Below are positions 34,901 to 46,029 of a stretch of DNA of 64,000 bases, piece after piece (within the stretch, counting starts at the first letter, position 1; every line of letters begins with the position of its first letter). The position numbers and the translations under genes were made by a program. Source of the stretch: Lytechinus pictus (taxonomy: Eukaryota). A model generated the notes under the pieces. It was not told the DNA's origin, ran no database searches, and saw nothing but the letters and a program-made list of their open reading frames with translations. The stretch lies in NCBI RefSeq assembly GCF_037042905.1, contig NC_087246.1, positions 51,522,001 through 51,586,000 of the forward strand. The letters are read 5' to 3'.

Positions 34901-37536
34901 TATTACTGAACATCCTGTGCAAGTTTCAGGTCACATGATCAAGGTCAAAGGTCATTTAGGGTCAATGAACTTTGGCCAAATTGGGGTATTTGTTGAATTA
35001 CAGCCATAAATTTGTAAGTGTGTTTTGGTCTAGTTCATAAAACTTGGACATAATAGTAATCAAGTATCACTGAACATCCTGTGCGAGTTTCAGGTCACAT
35101 GATCAAGGTCAAAGGTCATGTAAGGTCAAAGAACTTTGGCCACGTTGGGGGTATTTGTTGAATTGCCATCATATCTCTATAAGTGTATTGGTCTAGTTCA
35201 TAAAACGTGGAAATAAGAGTAACCAAGTATCACTGAACATCTTGTGCGAGTTATAGTAGTTTTCAAAATCAGCACTGCTGCTATATTGAATCGCGTGATG
35301 CAGGTGAGACGGCCAGAGGCATTCCACTTGTTGCTGTTTGAAATAGGTAATGAGTCTATTAATTGTATACATGACTAATCTAGCCATTGGGCTGCGACTT
35401 ATGAAGTTTGAATTGAAACAAAAATATACACTCTCCATGCACACACAATTAAGTAAAAACACAATGCATTACAGATTCTATGCTCGCATACATGATTACC
35501 GGTACTAGAAAAACCAAGGAAGTATCAAACACCAGATATGGATATATTAGACTTATTTTGTGAGCAGGCCTTCCTGTCTGGATCATAACCTGTGTGATTT
35601 TGAAATCTTTAGATATGTCTAATTTCTTGTGACAGTGTTCCCACGATGACCCCTGCCCTAGACTACAAGAAAGCAATGGTATACCATGTAACTTTGAACA
35701 AACCTATCAACCCTTGACTCAGTTTTCTGGGAAGAGATCAACTGCAGCCGACATTGAGAGGTTCACATACCTCATACTCAAGAAAGGGCCCAGAATCGAC
35801 ACACACGGTAAGTTATAACATTTACACTCAATCTTGATCGTAGGTCAACCTCAGCTGCCAAACTTTACGTAGAAGCAAGACATCAAAGGTGTTTATAAAA
35901 CTCCTCTTTAATCGTCTGGTCCCCTTTTTTTTAGTCATGTAAAGTTACTTGTAAATTTGAAACCATTACATCAGGTTTCTCTCATGCAACTATGACTTTA
36001 TGAATCGGTTGATTTTTTATGATGGTCATGTTATATATCACTGTTTCCCAGCTAAATCTCCGTCACATGCTTTTGAGCGTTGCAATGTACCCCTTTTTAT
36101 CACAAAGATGTTTTTGTTATTCATTTTATGAAATTATGCAAAATTGATGCATATCTATTTCTATTTTCTTTATTATTTGCCTCAAATTTTGTGTATCACT
36201 GTCAAATCTGTTGCAAAAACTGGTGTATAGCATTTCAAACATAATGATAAACAAATTTTCTCAAAAATTAATGTTTTCTTTCGATACACAGTATACATGT
36301 ATATTGCTTTGTTATATTTTATTCTTATACGTTTTAGTTAGTTTAGGGTTACATTAAACCTTTTGGTCCATATTCGTGTACAAGGTTACAGTTGTACCAT
36401 GTAAACAAAACCATGGGTTATGCAGATTTCTTTTATTAACGCCTTTCCCTTTCAGCACCCTCTGCCAAAAGCAGGCATTCGATTTGATTTTTCTACGCGA
36501 TGAAATAAGTGTTAATATGTACAACAATCTGTGTAGTCCATAGTATTGTACCATGCAACAATTGAAACCTCTTGTGAGAATATGGGTCTTTGTGCCTTCA
36601 GACCATCCTTTGAGTGTTTAATTGTAATTTCATTTCAGATTGGCCCAGAGTTGTCAAACCAGTCCTTAAGAAGTCTCGTCATGTAATATGCCGTCTCTGC
36701 TGCAACGATGGGAGTCTTGGGGAAGCTGTGTTCACAAAGTCTAAACACAGCAAGTGAGTGATATGAAGATCAGTCAAGTAATTAGAGAGAACAGAGAGAC
36801 AGAGAAAAACAATAAGGCAGAAAGAGGGGGGGGGGGGTTAGAGAGGGTGAGGTACAAAGGAATATAGGGAGCGGAAGGAGAGATTTCTTCTGCAGATAAA
36901 ACAGGGGTCTGTTTCCTAAAGCTATTGATGAAGTCATGCATGACTTTACGAAGAATTGAACATTGAGTGCCAGAATTCGAGCCAAGGATTTTCCCTGACA
37001 TCTTAGGAAATTATGACCTTCTTGTATCTCTAATGATTCCTCATGATTGTGGCTAAATTGAGGTACGTTCTGAATAGGGTGTTTTAACTGTACACATGGT
37101 TATCATTTACAAATTTCAACTTCAACCTTTATTTAAGCATGCCTTATTCCAGTTATTCTTTAAGAGGTGGCAATCTTTATGAACTGCTCCTTTGAAAGAA
37201 CCTCCCCGGAAAGCTAGTGGGATATAGTGTTTCATTTCAACATAAATATTTCAACACATTGAACACTTTTGGCTGTCAATTATGCAAGCATTTCTTGGAT
37301 ACTATAAAGCATAAATATTGATTTTAGGGGGGTGAAAAAGAATCATGTAAAAGCTAAGTTTTATGTTTTCAGTGAACAGATGTTGCTTGTATTTCCAGTT
37401 TTATCAATATCTTGTTATTTCGTCTCATATCTGTTCCTTGATCAGAGACATGTATCTTTGTGCCAGATACACCAACTGGGGAGATTTGCTACCGGCTGCA
37501 CAGAGTGAGATCACTGATACAGATACAGACAGTTGA
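25979..37536 (+). CDS. METTL17: Mitochondrial small-subunit assembly factor / methyltransferase-like 17 (Rsm22 family), 12 coding exons, ~501 aa
   Basis: Exons: 25979-26083, 28148-28313, 28895-29026, 29967-30078, 30998-31079, 31517-31590, 31939-32104, 32809-32988, 33825-33935, 35636-35807, 36639-36753, 37446-37536 (1506 nt, phase-consistent). Features: MAAP/basic transit peptide, LAYMLARM..NYAVL, ILDFGSGLG (SAM motif I), AYSLLELPS, LVLIENG, YVFAPCSHDDPCP..PCNF, WPRVV..V..KSRHVICRLCCNDG, Y.CARYTNWGDLLP. An upstream in-frame ATG at 25967 is possible. Confidence 0.95.
26347..26466. repeat. Near-perfect ~120-bp palindrome in METTL17 intron 1 (derived from a Kolobok-like repeat ending ~26870)
   Basis: GAATTTTAAGATTTTGATCTGTGACGTCATGA..GAGGAGCTTCCTCATTATA|AAT|TATAATGAGGAAGCTCCTC..TCATGACGTCACAGATCAAAATCTTAAAATTC. 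Confidence 0.9.
29620..29790 (+). mobile_element. Dispersed repeat, probably a SINE 3' part; second copy at ~53750-53875
   Basis: Shared GATCTGGC.CTGCACA..GGC.GCCGGGCCCACGATCAATTGGGCAAA...TATTTCGAACAATAAA. Confidence 0.55.
33008..33234. mobile_element. Foldback MITE (GGCC..TATTCTC termini); related copies near 36340-36587 and 52448-52755
   Basis: Inverted arms TTCTCAAAAGAGGTTTCAATTGTACCATGGTACAAAACCAT / ATGGTTTTGTACCATGGTACAATTGAAACCTCTTTTGAGAA. Confidence 0.75.
34352..35332 (+). mobile_element. HINE-like element, copy 2 (METTL17 intron 9)
   Basis: Reverse complement of 16191-17144, near-identical apart from a longer (GGC)n tract. Confidence 0.85.
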
Positions 37537-37664
37537 TGACTTCTCTCAAGCATGTATTTGGACAAGGATGGATGACCTTCTTGAGCATGAAGATCGTGAA
37601 AGTCTCAAGACAGTATGGTTGGACAATGTTAAGGCTACCCTGCATTGGGACTGACCTCGTAACT

Positions 37665-37872
37665 CAGAGCTGCCAAGTAGTACTGATTTTCAGTATTTAG
37701 CACTGAAAAGTGAGAAGAATACTGATAGTTTCATATAAAATACTGATCTCTAAAGTTTCAGCTTTATGTGTTGTCCTATGGTATTTTTTTTTAAATACTG
37801 ATTTCCTCACCGAAATACTGATTTTCAGCTCTAAAAATACTGAAATTTTCCTTTTTCAGGTTGGCAGCTTTG
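37665..37872. mobile_element. Small hAT-like MITE (CAGAGCTGCCAA termini) in the METTL17 3' region
   Basis: TIR CAGAGCTGCCAAG / GTTGGCAGCTTTG, internal AATACTGA repeats, flanks GTAACT/ATAACT. Confidence 0.7.
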
Positions 37873-37936
37873 ATAACTGTTCTCAGGTAATTCTACGTGT
37901 TTGCCAAATTCACGGCATTCACGGCTAAGCCCTAAG

Positions 37937-38310
37937 TGATGATGATGATGATGATCCACAGCATTTATATTGCGCCATATATCTGTTAAAAACATTCATA
38001 GGCGCAGGCTCATCCAATAAGTTAATCACTACACATCTGCCAAAATAAGTGAGTTTTGAGAGACGGTTTAAAGAGTTCTATGCTGTCAATTTCACGAAGT
38101 GAAGAAGGGAGGGAGTTCCAAAGGCGTGGAGCAATAGAAGAAAAGGCACGGTCTCCAAATCCCCTTAGGTGTGTGATGGGTACATGAAGAGTGACACCAG
38201 TAGCAGAATAGCGCAAGCCAGGACGTACACGGCGTTGTTCTATAAGGGAGGTCACGTATCCTGGAGCTAAACCATGCACAGCCTTGAAAGTAAGAAGGAG
38301 GATTTTGAAT
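37937..38310 (-). mobile_element. L2-type LINE 3' fragment
   Basis: HGLAPGYVTSLI...GFGDRAFSSIAPRLWNSLPSSLR...LKTHLF; (CAT)n tail. Confidence 0.88.
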
Positions 38311-38423
38311 TAGAAGTGCTTTTTGAAATCGTGCTGCAACATAGATCCAAGCAAGATTTTCATGATGCAGAACAAGGAGAACTTGTCTTAAGGGAAGAGA
38401 AGATTCTTTGTCATACATGGCCA

Positions 38424-38638
38424 GGGGGGTGTTTCACAAAGATTTAAGTATGACTTAGAGTCACACTTAAATGCCGACGTGTAAGTGATATGTAACGCGC
38501 AGTCTGATTGATTAATACACAGTAGTGCGCGTCCTCTTGGCACGATCTGACCAATGCGGTCGTGCCTTTTATACTGCACCCAACTGGGCATTTAAGAGCG
38601 ACTCTAAGTCATACTTAAATCTTTGTGAAACACCCCCC
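38424..38638. mobile_element. MITE family B (TIR GGGGGTGTTTCACAAAGATTTAAGTATGACTTA); second copy 43013-43225
   Basis: ~45-bp inverted termini; two similar copies, preceded by CAG and CTG respectively. Confidence 0.88.
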
Positions 38639-38852
38639 TCCCAGGTTGTGAAAGCTCCCTATTATGACAAGTATCCTGCAGTAACAAGGGAACTAACCAA
38701 GTTGGTGTGGTACACTTGTCATGCCTGTGTTTTTGTATCGCAAGAAGACGAAGAAGATTGGACGATAGCTATCGATTTACTAAGACCAAGAATATGACCC
38801 ATTTCTCCTAGCTTACAAAAGTCATATTAAAGCATAGGAACATTTGATATGT

Positions 38853-39129
38853 GGGGGTGTCGTGGTCTAGTGGTAACGACTCTCGTCTTTCAATCAGAGG
38901 GACGTAGGTTTGAATCCCAGCCATGGCGTGTTTTCATTCAACAAGAAATCTACCCCCATTGTGCTGCACTCAACCCAGGTGAGTGGGTACCTGGCAGAAC
39001 TAATTTCTTGAATGCACGGAGTACTGAGAGGCAGCTCGAGCTAATGGCGGGGTAATAATAACAATGTGCCTCAGAAAAGATAATTTCTAGATAGATGGCG
39101 CTATATAAATGCCTGTTATTATTATTATT
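38853..39129 (+). mobile_element. tRNA-derived SINE with L2-like tail
   Basis: A box TGGTCTAGTGG, B box GTTTGAATCC, core TGTGCTGCACTCAACCCAGGTG, 3' GCGCTATATAAATG followed by (ATT)n. Confidence 0.85.
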
Positions 39130-39779
39130 GTATTAGTCAATCATCAACATCAGTTTCTGATGTGCAGCTCCTATTGAAGAGAGTGCAGATTAACTATGAG
39201 AAATTATTTGCTGCAAAGAGAATTTTTCTTTTCTGGAACTGCTTCTTAATTTTAGTGAAGAAAAACCCAGGATTATCATCAATTCACAATTTTAATTTGC
39301 AATTGAGTCATCAGAAAATCACTGTGGTTCCTCGTGCAAAATGCACTCTTAAGATAGATTCCTTGGCCCCTGGAGGGTTTTCACAAAACAATTTACTATT
39401 ATTCTCCTAGTATTGAGGTGTAAACAGGGATTGCTTATGTTTGTCCTTCAATAGAAATATAACATACGGCGAAGGTAAATTATCCCCCATATCTAATAGC
39501 CCTCATAAGTTGTTTTAGGGTCCAATGCATCATTTAATGTCATTTTATGATGAAGATAGGAATTTAGAATATAAAAGAAAATATTATACTGTCTTTTTTT
39601 CCTTTCTGTTACTGTTGCAGTATCCAGTGTATATTAAAAAATGTATCAAATCAGAGAAGATTTGTTTCTTGATTAATTTGTGACTCACCCCTTTTTCATG
39701 TTGATCTTATTCAGCCTTCCCAGTTCTAGATCTATATCAAAGGGTGCCTACCCACTACTTATACCCCCGCTCTATGCTT

Positions 39780-40675
39780 ACCATGGCAACACAGTTTCCA
39801 ACACACTTGGAAAATGAATCTTGCCTGTCTTCCAATATGAATGTTTATGCAAAATTTCAAGAGCAATGGTAACAAAACTGGGGAAGTAGTTTTCCTGGGT
39901 TTTCAAAACCTTTTGGGCAATAACATGCTGTTACCAAGGCAACAAATTTTGAAACACATTTGGAAAAGCGAATTGCATGGTTTTACCTGAAGACCAATGT
40001 TGGGGTAAACTTTCATGAGCACTGACCAAAAACTGGGGAAGGAATTTGATCCACAATGAGTTTTCCTGGGGTTTTTGCCATGTGTTTACCATGGCAACAC
40101 AATTTCTGACAAATGTGACTTGCACATCTTTAGCTCAAGACCTATGTGTTTTGTAAATTTCATGAGAATTGGACATAAACTGATAAAGTAGTTTGATTTC
40201 TGATACATGCAAAAAATATGTCTTGCACATCTTTACCTCAAGACCAATGTGTGAGCCAAATTTCATCAGAATTGGTTGAAAGCTGTTGTAGTTTGAACTA
40301 CAAGATTTTTATCTAATTTGTTGTTACCATGGTAACACAATTTCTGACACACACAAAAAAGTGTCTCGCACATCTGTACCTCAAAACTAATGTGTGAGCC
40401 AAATTTAATGAGAATTGGTTGAAAACTGATGAAGTAGTTCGAACCGCAAGATTTTTACCCAATTTTTTACATTTAATATTGTTACCATGGTAACACAATT
40501 TCCAACACACACAAAAAAATATGTCTTGCATATCTTTACTCCGATACCAATCTGTGTTTGAAATTTCATGACAATTGGTTGAAAATTGAGGAAGTAGTTC
40601 GATGAACAAGTTTTGGAACGGACCGACCAACTGTATGCCGATTCATATATATATGCCCCCTACAAACTTCATTAC
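39780..40675. repeat. Degenerate ~120-bp tandem repeat (CCATGGYAACACAATTTC...AAATTTCATGAGAATTGG), probably the core of a HINE-like element
   Basis: Motif recurs at ~39781, 39933, 40089, 40327 and 40484. Confidence 0.65.
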
Positions 40676-41090
40676 AAACAACTATCAGTTGCTCCAAGAA
40701 TGTTCTATTTTTCAATTCTCATGGTTTGACTTGCATGAGGGCCACCCAGCGATGATTTTTCTAAAAGAAAGAATTACTTGGTGGCTTGATGCATTTCATA
40801 AAGAATTTATCCTATAACAAACATTATCAAGAATGTGCAAGTTTATTAGTAGCGCTCAGATCTAATTTATATGCACATGAATCTATTTGACTTTTAGCAA
40901 TTCAATTAATAACAAAAGGATATGTATTTTTGTGCAGATGGCTTCTCATTTAGATTTATATTAATGATATGGATACAGCTCTCTAACTACAGTAGAGTGT
41001 TGAATAATTGTCTTACTCCAGAATGAGAAAAACATTGTGTTAACATCCAAGTTGAATAATTTTCTATGGTCCCAAAAGATTTCGATCTAA

Positions 41091-41654
41091 AGGTCAAGTC
41101 CACCCCAGAAAATTGTTGATTTGAATAGAGAAAATAAATAAAAAGCATGTTGAAAATTTCATCAAAATCGCATGTAAAATAAGAAAGTTATGACATTTTA
41201 AAGTTTCACTTATTTTCCACATAAAAGTTATATGCCCAACTCGGTGATATGCAAGTGAGAGTCGATGATGTCCCTCACTATTTCTTCTACTTTTTATGGT
41301 TTGAATTATACAATATTTCAATTTTTACAGATTTGACAATTAGGAGCAACTTGTCTGAACCATGAAATAAAGCATTGGAAGGAATAAAAGTTTATTTCAC
41401 AGGACAATGAGAAAATTAGGGATATCTTGTATTTCATGTAATAAAATACAAGAGAAATAGTGAGAGGATTAAGTCTCACCTCATTTGCATACCGACCAGG
41501 ATGTGCAAAAAACTGTTTTGTGAAATTAAGCGAAATTTCAAAATATCATAACTTTCTTTTTTTACATCCGATTCTGATGAGATTTTCAGCGTTATACTTG
41601 TGGGATTTTTGTCTTTTTATTCCAATCAACTTTTTGTTGGGTTGGAGTTGTCCT
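41091..41654. mobile_element. Kolobok-like MITE (AGG..CCT termini, TTAA target); copies at 57195-57758 (intact TTAA TSD) and partial at ~54030-54345
   Basis: TIR AGGACAAGTCCACCCCA / TGGGGTGGACTTGTCCT; shared AAATTTCATCAAAATCG and CGATTTTGATGAAATTT subtermini. Confidence 0.8.
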
Positions 41655-44600
41655 TCAAAGTCACTTGTACTTGATGCATTTTTACTATTCTAGTTTTGCT
41701 AATAACCCCCCCCCCCACACACACACACACACACACACACAAGAGATCAAGAACAACCAAGGGAGATACACAATCTTGATGTTCTATGAACATGAAACAT
41801 TTATTTGCATTTTGTAACAGATATGGTTACCATAGCTAGTTACATCAAGTGCTTACGCGACCACTGTACATGATACTTTTTACATAATTTATGTAAATAT
41901 TGATACAATCGAATCATTCATTAAATTCTCATCAAATTTTTTTTCTCTATATCAAAAATACTTTTCATAAAGCCTCAATCTTGTCTCTCCAAATTCTCAA
42001 GCAAGACACTTGTGGCAAACACATTGTCGTGGTGTGGTGATATTGACTTTGCAGAAATTGGGCTTCATTTTCATGTTATCATACCATACATAAAGGGCAG
42101 TCTTAAGTCTCTTAGGCAAGTGGCATATTCTCCATAGAAGATAGGAAACATACTTTGTGTTTTGGCCATAACAAATGGGGGGGGGGGGAAGAAAAGAGGG
42201 ATGAATGTGCTCTAGTCTTTCTCAAAGAACTAGAGTGACAAATTTCCTATGGAATAAAAAAAAAAAAAAGGTTAGATAATTTCAGCAGAATGTCATCAAT
42301 AATCTAAATTTACACAAGACATTTGGAAAATCCCCACCCTTTATACAATACTGTATAATAAATTTGGAAATGTAATGGATACCAAGATTATCTAAGAGCC
42401 CGATGATATAAAATACATCACATAAGGAGATTAGAGCCCATTGTGACCTAATTCAATTTCTGCATTAATCATTCCTTCTCTTTGTGTTCAAGAGTTGTAA
42501 CGTGAAAGTAACCACTGTGAGTTTGATGAATTACTTGAGAAAATATTACCTTTCCATACATATCCAGTATTTGAATGACCAAGTGTTGTTCCTGGGTGAC
42601 GTATTCTGAAAAACCAGGTGCAATCTTTGATGTTAATAAGCCAATCGTGTGAAAGAATACATCCAATTATTTGATTCAACCAAATGTAATGAATGATACA
42701 TATATGAATGCAGCAATGATATAATAAATCAATGAATTTGACAAATCTTTGAATCTTAACTGCCTGTGTCTTATGATTTTGGGAGATCTCTCCTATTTAA
42801 CCCCCCTTTGTTTTTACTTGGGGGAAAATGAGGCTAAACTCAGACTCAAGACCAGTCAATACTGAAAACATGCCAAAAGTATACATCTACTTCTAGAATA
42901 GTATTTCTGTGACTAATGCTCCCTTTAATTCCAAACAGGCATATATATGCTATCCATAATACATTGTGAAGATATTCAGATAATATCAAGCAGATTGGCA
43001 TTTTAACTTCCTGGGGGGTGTTTCACAAAGATTTAAGTATGACTTAGAGTTGCACTTAAATACCAAGTTGCGTATGGTATGAAAGGCTTGATCGCATTGG
43101 TCAGATCGTGTCATGAGGACAAGCACTACTGCGTGCCTATCAATAAGATGCGCGTTCCATATCATGTACGCGTAGGCATTTAAGTGCGACTTAAGTCATA
43201 CTTAAATCTTTGTGAAACACCCCCCTGGTTTTCCGAACACAGTACTTTGTGAATAAATTGAAGAAAACACAAACAATCTGGGTACTGTATATGCTAGCAT
43301 TCTATAAAGAAAAAAATGTCAAAAAAATATGATGAATCATAAAAATGAAGAAAAAACCTAAATATCATTGACCATTAAAATAATATGCCCCTAATGAGAT
43401 AAAGAGAAATATAGTTCCTACAAGAGTATCTTACTTTACCAATAATTTGAACTTGACTATTAAAGTGTAAGCAATATCAGATAATAATGCACAAAAATAT
43501 GAATAAAACGTAAAACACTAATCTACAATGAAGATCATACGAAATAATATATGCATCGGTAGCATTTTTATACCGTACCATACCAATAAAACAATGATTA
43601 AGATACTAAAATCTAACTTATAATCATAATATGAAATATCACCTTAAAAATATGAATAAAAAAAGTAAACTTCATAACACATTAAAAACAATCACTGTAC
43701 TAATCCGAAATAAAATGTAAGAAAACGGGATGACAAAAGTAGCCTAAATTACTAAACATAACTAAAACAAGAGATAAAGCATGTGATCAAACTCCTATTA
43801 TCAATGTTATAGTGTGTGAGTACATAAGCAAATACATAAAGCCATCCATTCGAGACATTCATCTTCTGAGTATTCTTATCACTTACAACAACAGATAAAA
43901 TAAAACAAAAGCATGAACTACATAGCTTAAATAAAAATGATACAGTCCCAATAACTGGTCTAACTGACCTAAAAGCAATGTCAAAGAGTGTTTTGAAGCC
44001 ATAAATTGCATGAGCAGTAATAAACGTGACAGGACAATAAAGTAGTTGATATGCTCCCTGTCTGATAAAATGAGCATGCAAGAAAGAAAAAAAATTATGA
44101 AAAAAAAATTCATAACAAACTCCATTTTACCCCCAATCCAACCAAATCAAAGTGAAGCTGTATGTCAAACTATCATGTTGTCACGTCTCTAGGAGTGCTA
44201 AATAGTATCTATCCAGCACATGTTAATCTACAAAACAAATTATCATCAATACTTGATTGAAATGTACCATAAATGTTGTTCTGTCTTGGACAAATGTAAA
44301 TATTCTATCAGGGAATATACTTCTGAAATTAATATTTGAATGTAAGTGACTGTTAAATGGTGCTAAGCCAATGATGGGAATCAATTAGCTTTTTAAAAAT
44401 ATTGTTGAATGAGATTTCCAGTCACATTTTAACTCTTGAGGAAAATGATTACTTCTGCAGTTGGTGATAATTTATAGGAAGCAATTTGATTACAAAAATG
44501 ATAATCATTCCAACAACAAAAAATGGTACAGTACAAGTTCCAATTCTATTAATGGCACCCCTACGAAAGACACAAGAATGTGAAATGTGCAACCTGAAAT

Positions 44601-44996
44601 GTGGAACAGACGTAAATACCATTACTTTTATACCTCACGATCGTTTGCACCATTAATGACATGACAAAAGCTGCAGCGGAACATATCTACAAGTCTTTGT
44701 AGCACACTATTTTACCAATGAATGCAAGATATAATTTCTACTTTCAAGACATCTACTATTGAAAAGGAAGTGCAATAATCCTGCATTATAAAACTAATCA
44801 ATTGTCAGAAATAGTAAACTAAGCAATCAACACTTTGGCATCAATCTAAATGAAATTCAATGTAATACTTGAGTTGATATTCCGAAATTACAATACATAT
44901 CCAAAATTACATATGCTGTTTTTACTTTTTGCATTAGAAACTAGAAGAAATATGCTTTGCTAGTTACAATCACTCTTTCCATAGGGATAGGGTATT

Positions 44997-45186
44997 GCGG
45001 TTCCATCCATGACATTTGCTCCAACGACAAATGCTCCGCTCTAATTTCCACGCACTAATCCAATGACCAACTTCAACCCTGGGTATAACAATATACCTCA
45101 CCCTGAACCTAACATAACACCCTATTGCAACCCTAACCCTACATCTTAGACAAAAAATAAGCCCGGAGCAAATGTCGTGTCACCGG
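44997..45186. mobile_element. Short TIR element with internal AACCCT-like repeats
   Basis: GACATTTGCTCC / GGAGCAAATGTC inverted; internal AACCCTAACCCT. Confidence 0.55.
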
Positions 45187-46029
45187 CAATGCTGCAGTCA
45201 CACTTATGGAACCAACCAATGACGTGCCACTTAAAATAGGATAATAGGTTTGATAGGTCTGGGCCCCGTCTTACAAAGAGTTACGATTGATCCAATCAAC
45301 CACATCTATGGAAAGCCAGCAACGTCAACATCGAAAATTCACGTTTGTTCAAAACATTTTCTAGATATGATGTCTCTTCATACATTCATAGTTTTCTTGA
45401 AAATTCAGTGTGTTTCTTTTTGTTTACAAAGGACATTGTGCAAATTTCCTGAAGAAAAAATTATGACGTTGATGGATTTCCATATACATGTACTTGAGGT
45501 TGATCGGATCAATCGTAACTATTTGTAAGACGGGGCCCTGGAGTCAGTTTTGTTAATGTGACTGCAGCACAAACACTCAGACAGTATCTTTGGAGTTTAA
45601 TGAAAAGCAAACTTAAATTTAAGTTTGTCATATTAGGTCCGTAGTACCGTTTCTAGGAAACATCCAAGTTTCGAAAATCAACATAGAAAGATAGATCAAC
45701 TATAGGAGAACTGGTTACACATTGCGTTAAATGTCCAAACACCCAAACTCTAGCTGCAATACATTGAAATTTTCAAATAATTTGGTCACTTCCAACAAAA
45801 TGACCACCAAGAATCGGGGGGTCTGTGAGACTGCGGTCTTACCACAGAGTCAAGGTCAGTCCTCCATCGCACTCCATCGCAGTAGTCCATCCAGGACGTA
45901 CGGAGATAAACAGCCTGCTGTTAAGCTCTGCATTGATCGCATCTCCAACTTCACTCATTTCAGAGTCTATTTTTAAAGTCACATGACTTGCCATTGTCAC
46001 CTGACATCACAGTCACCCGACATTCCACC

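Noticed and set aside
37460-37654. ORF overlapping the last METTL17 exon, possible readthrough or selenoprotein (TGATGA)
   Set aside because: Different frame and non-ATG start. METTL17 homology ends before the stop and no SECIS was recognised.
38853-38925. tRNA gene
   Set aside because: It has A and B boxes but no proper acceptor stem, and it continues into a SINE core and tail.
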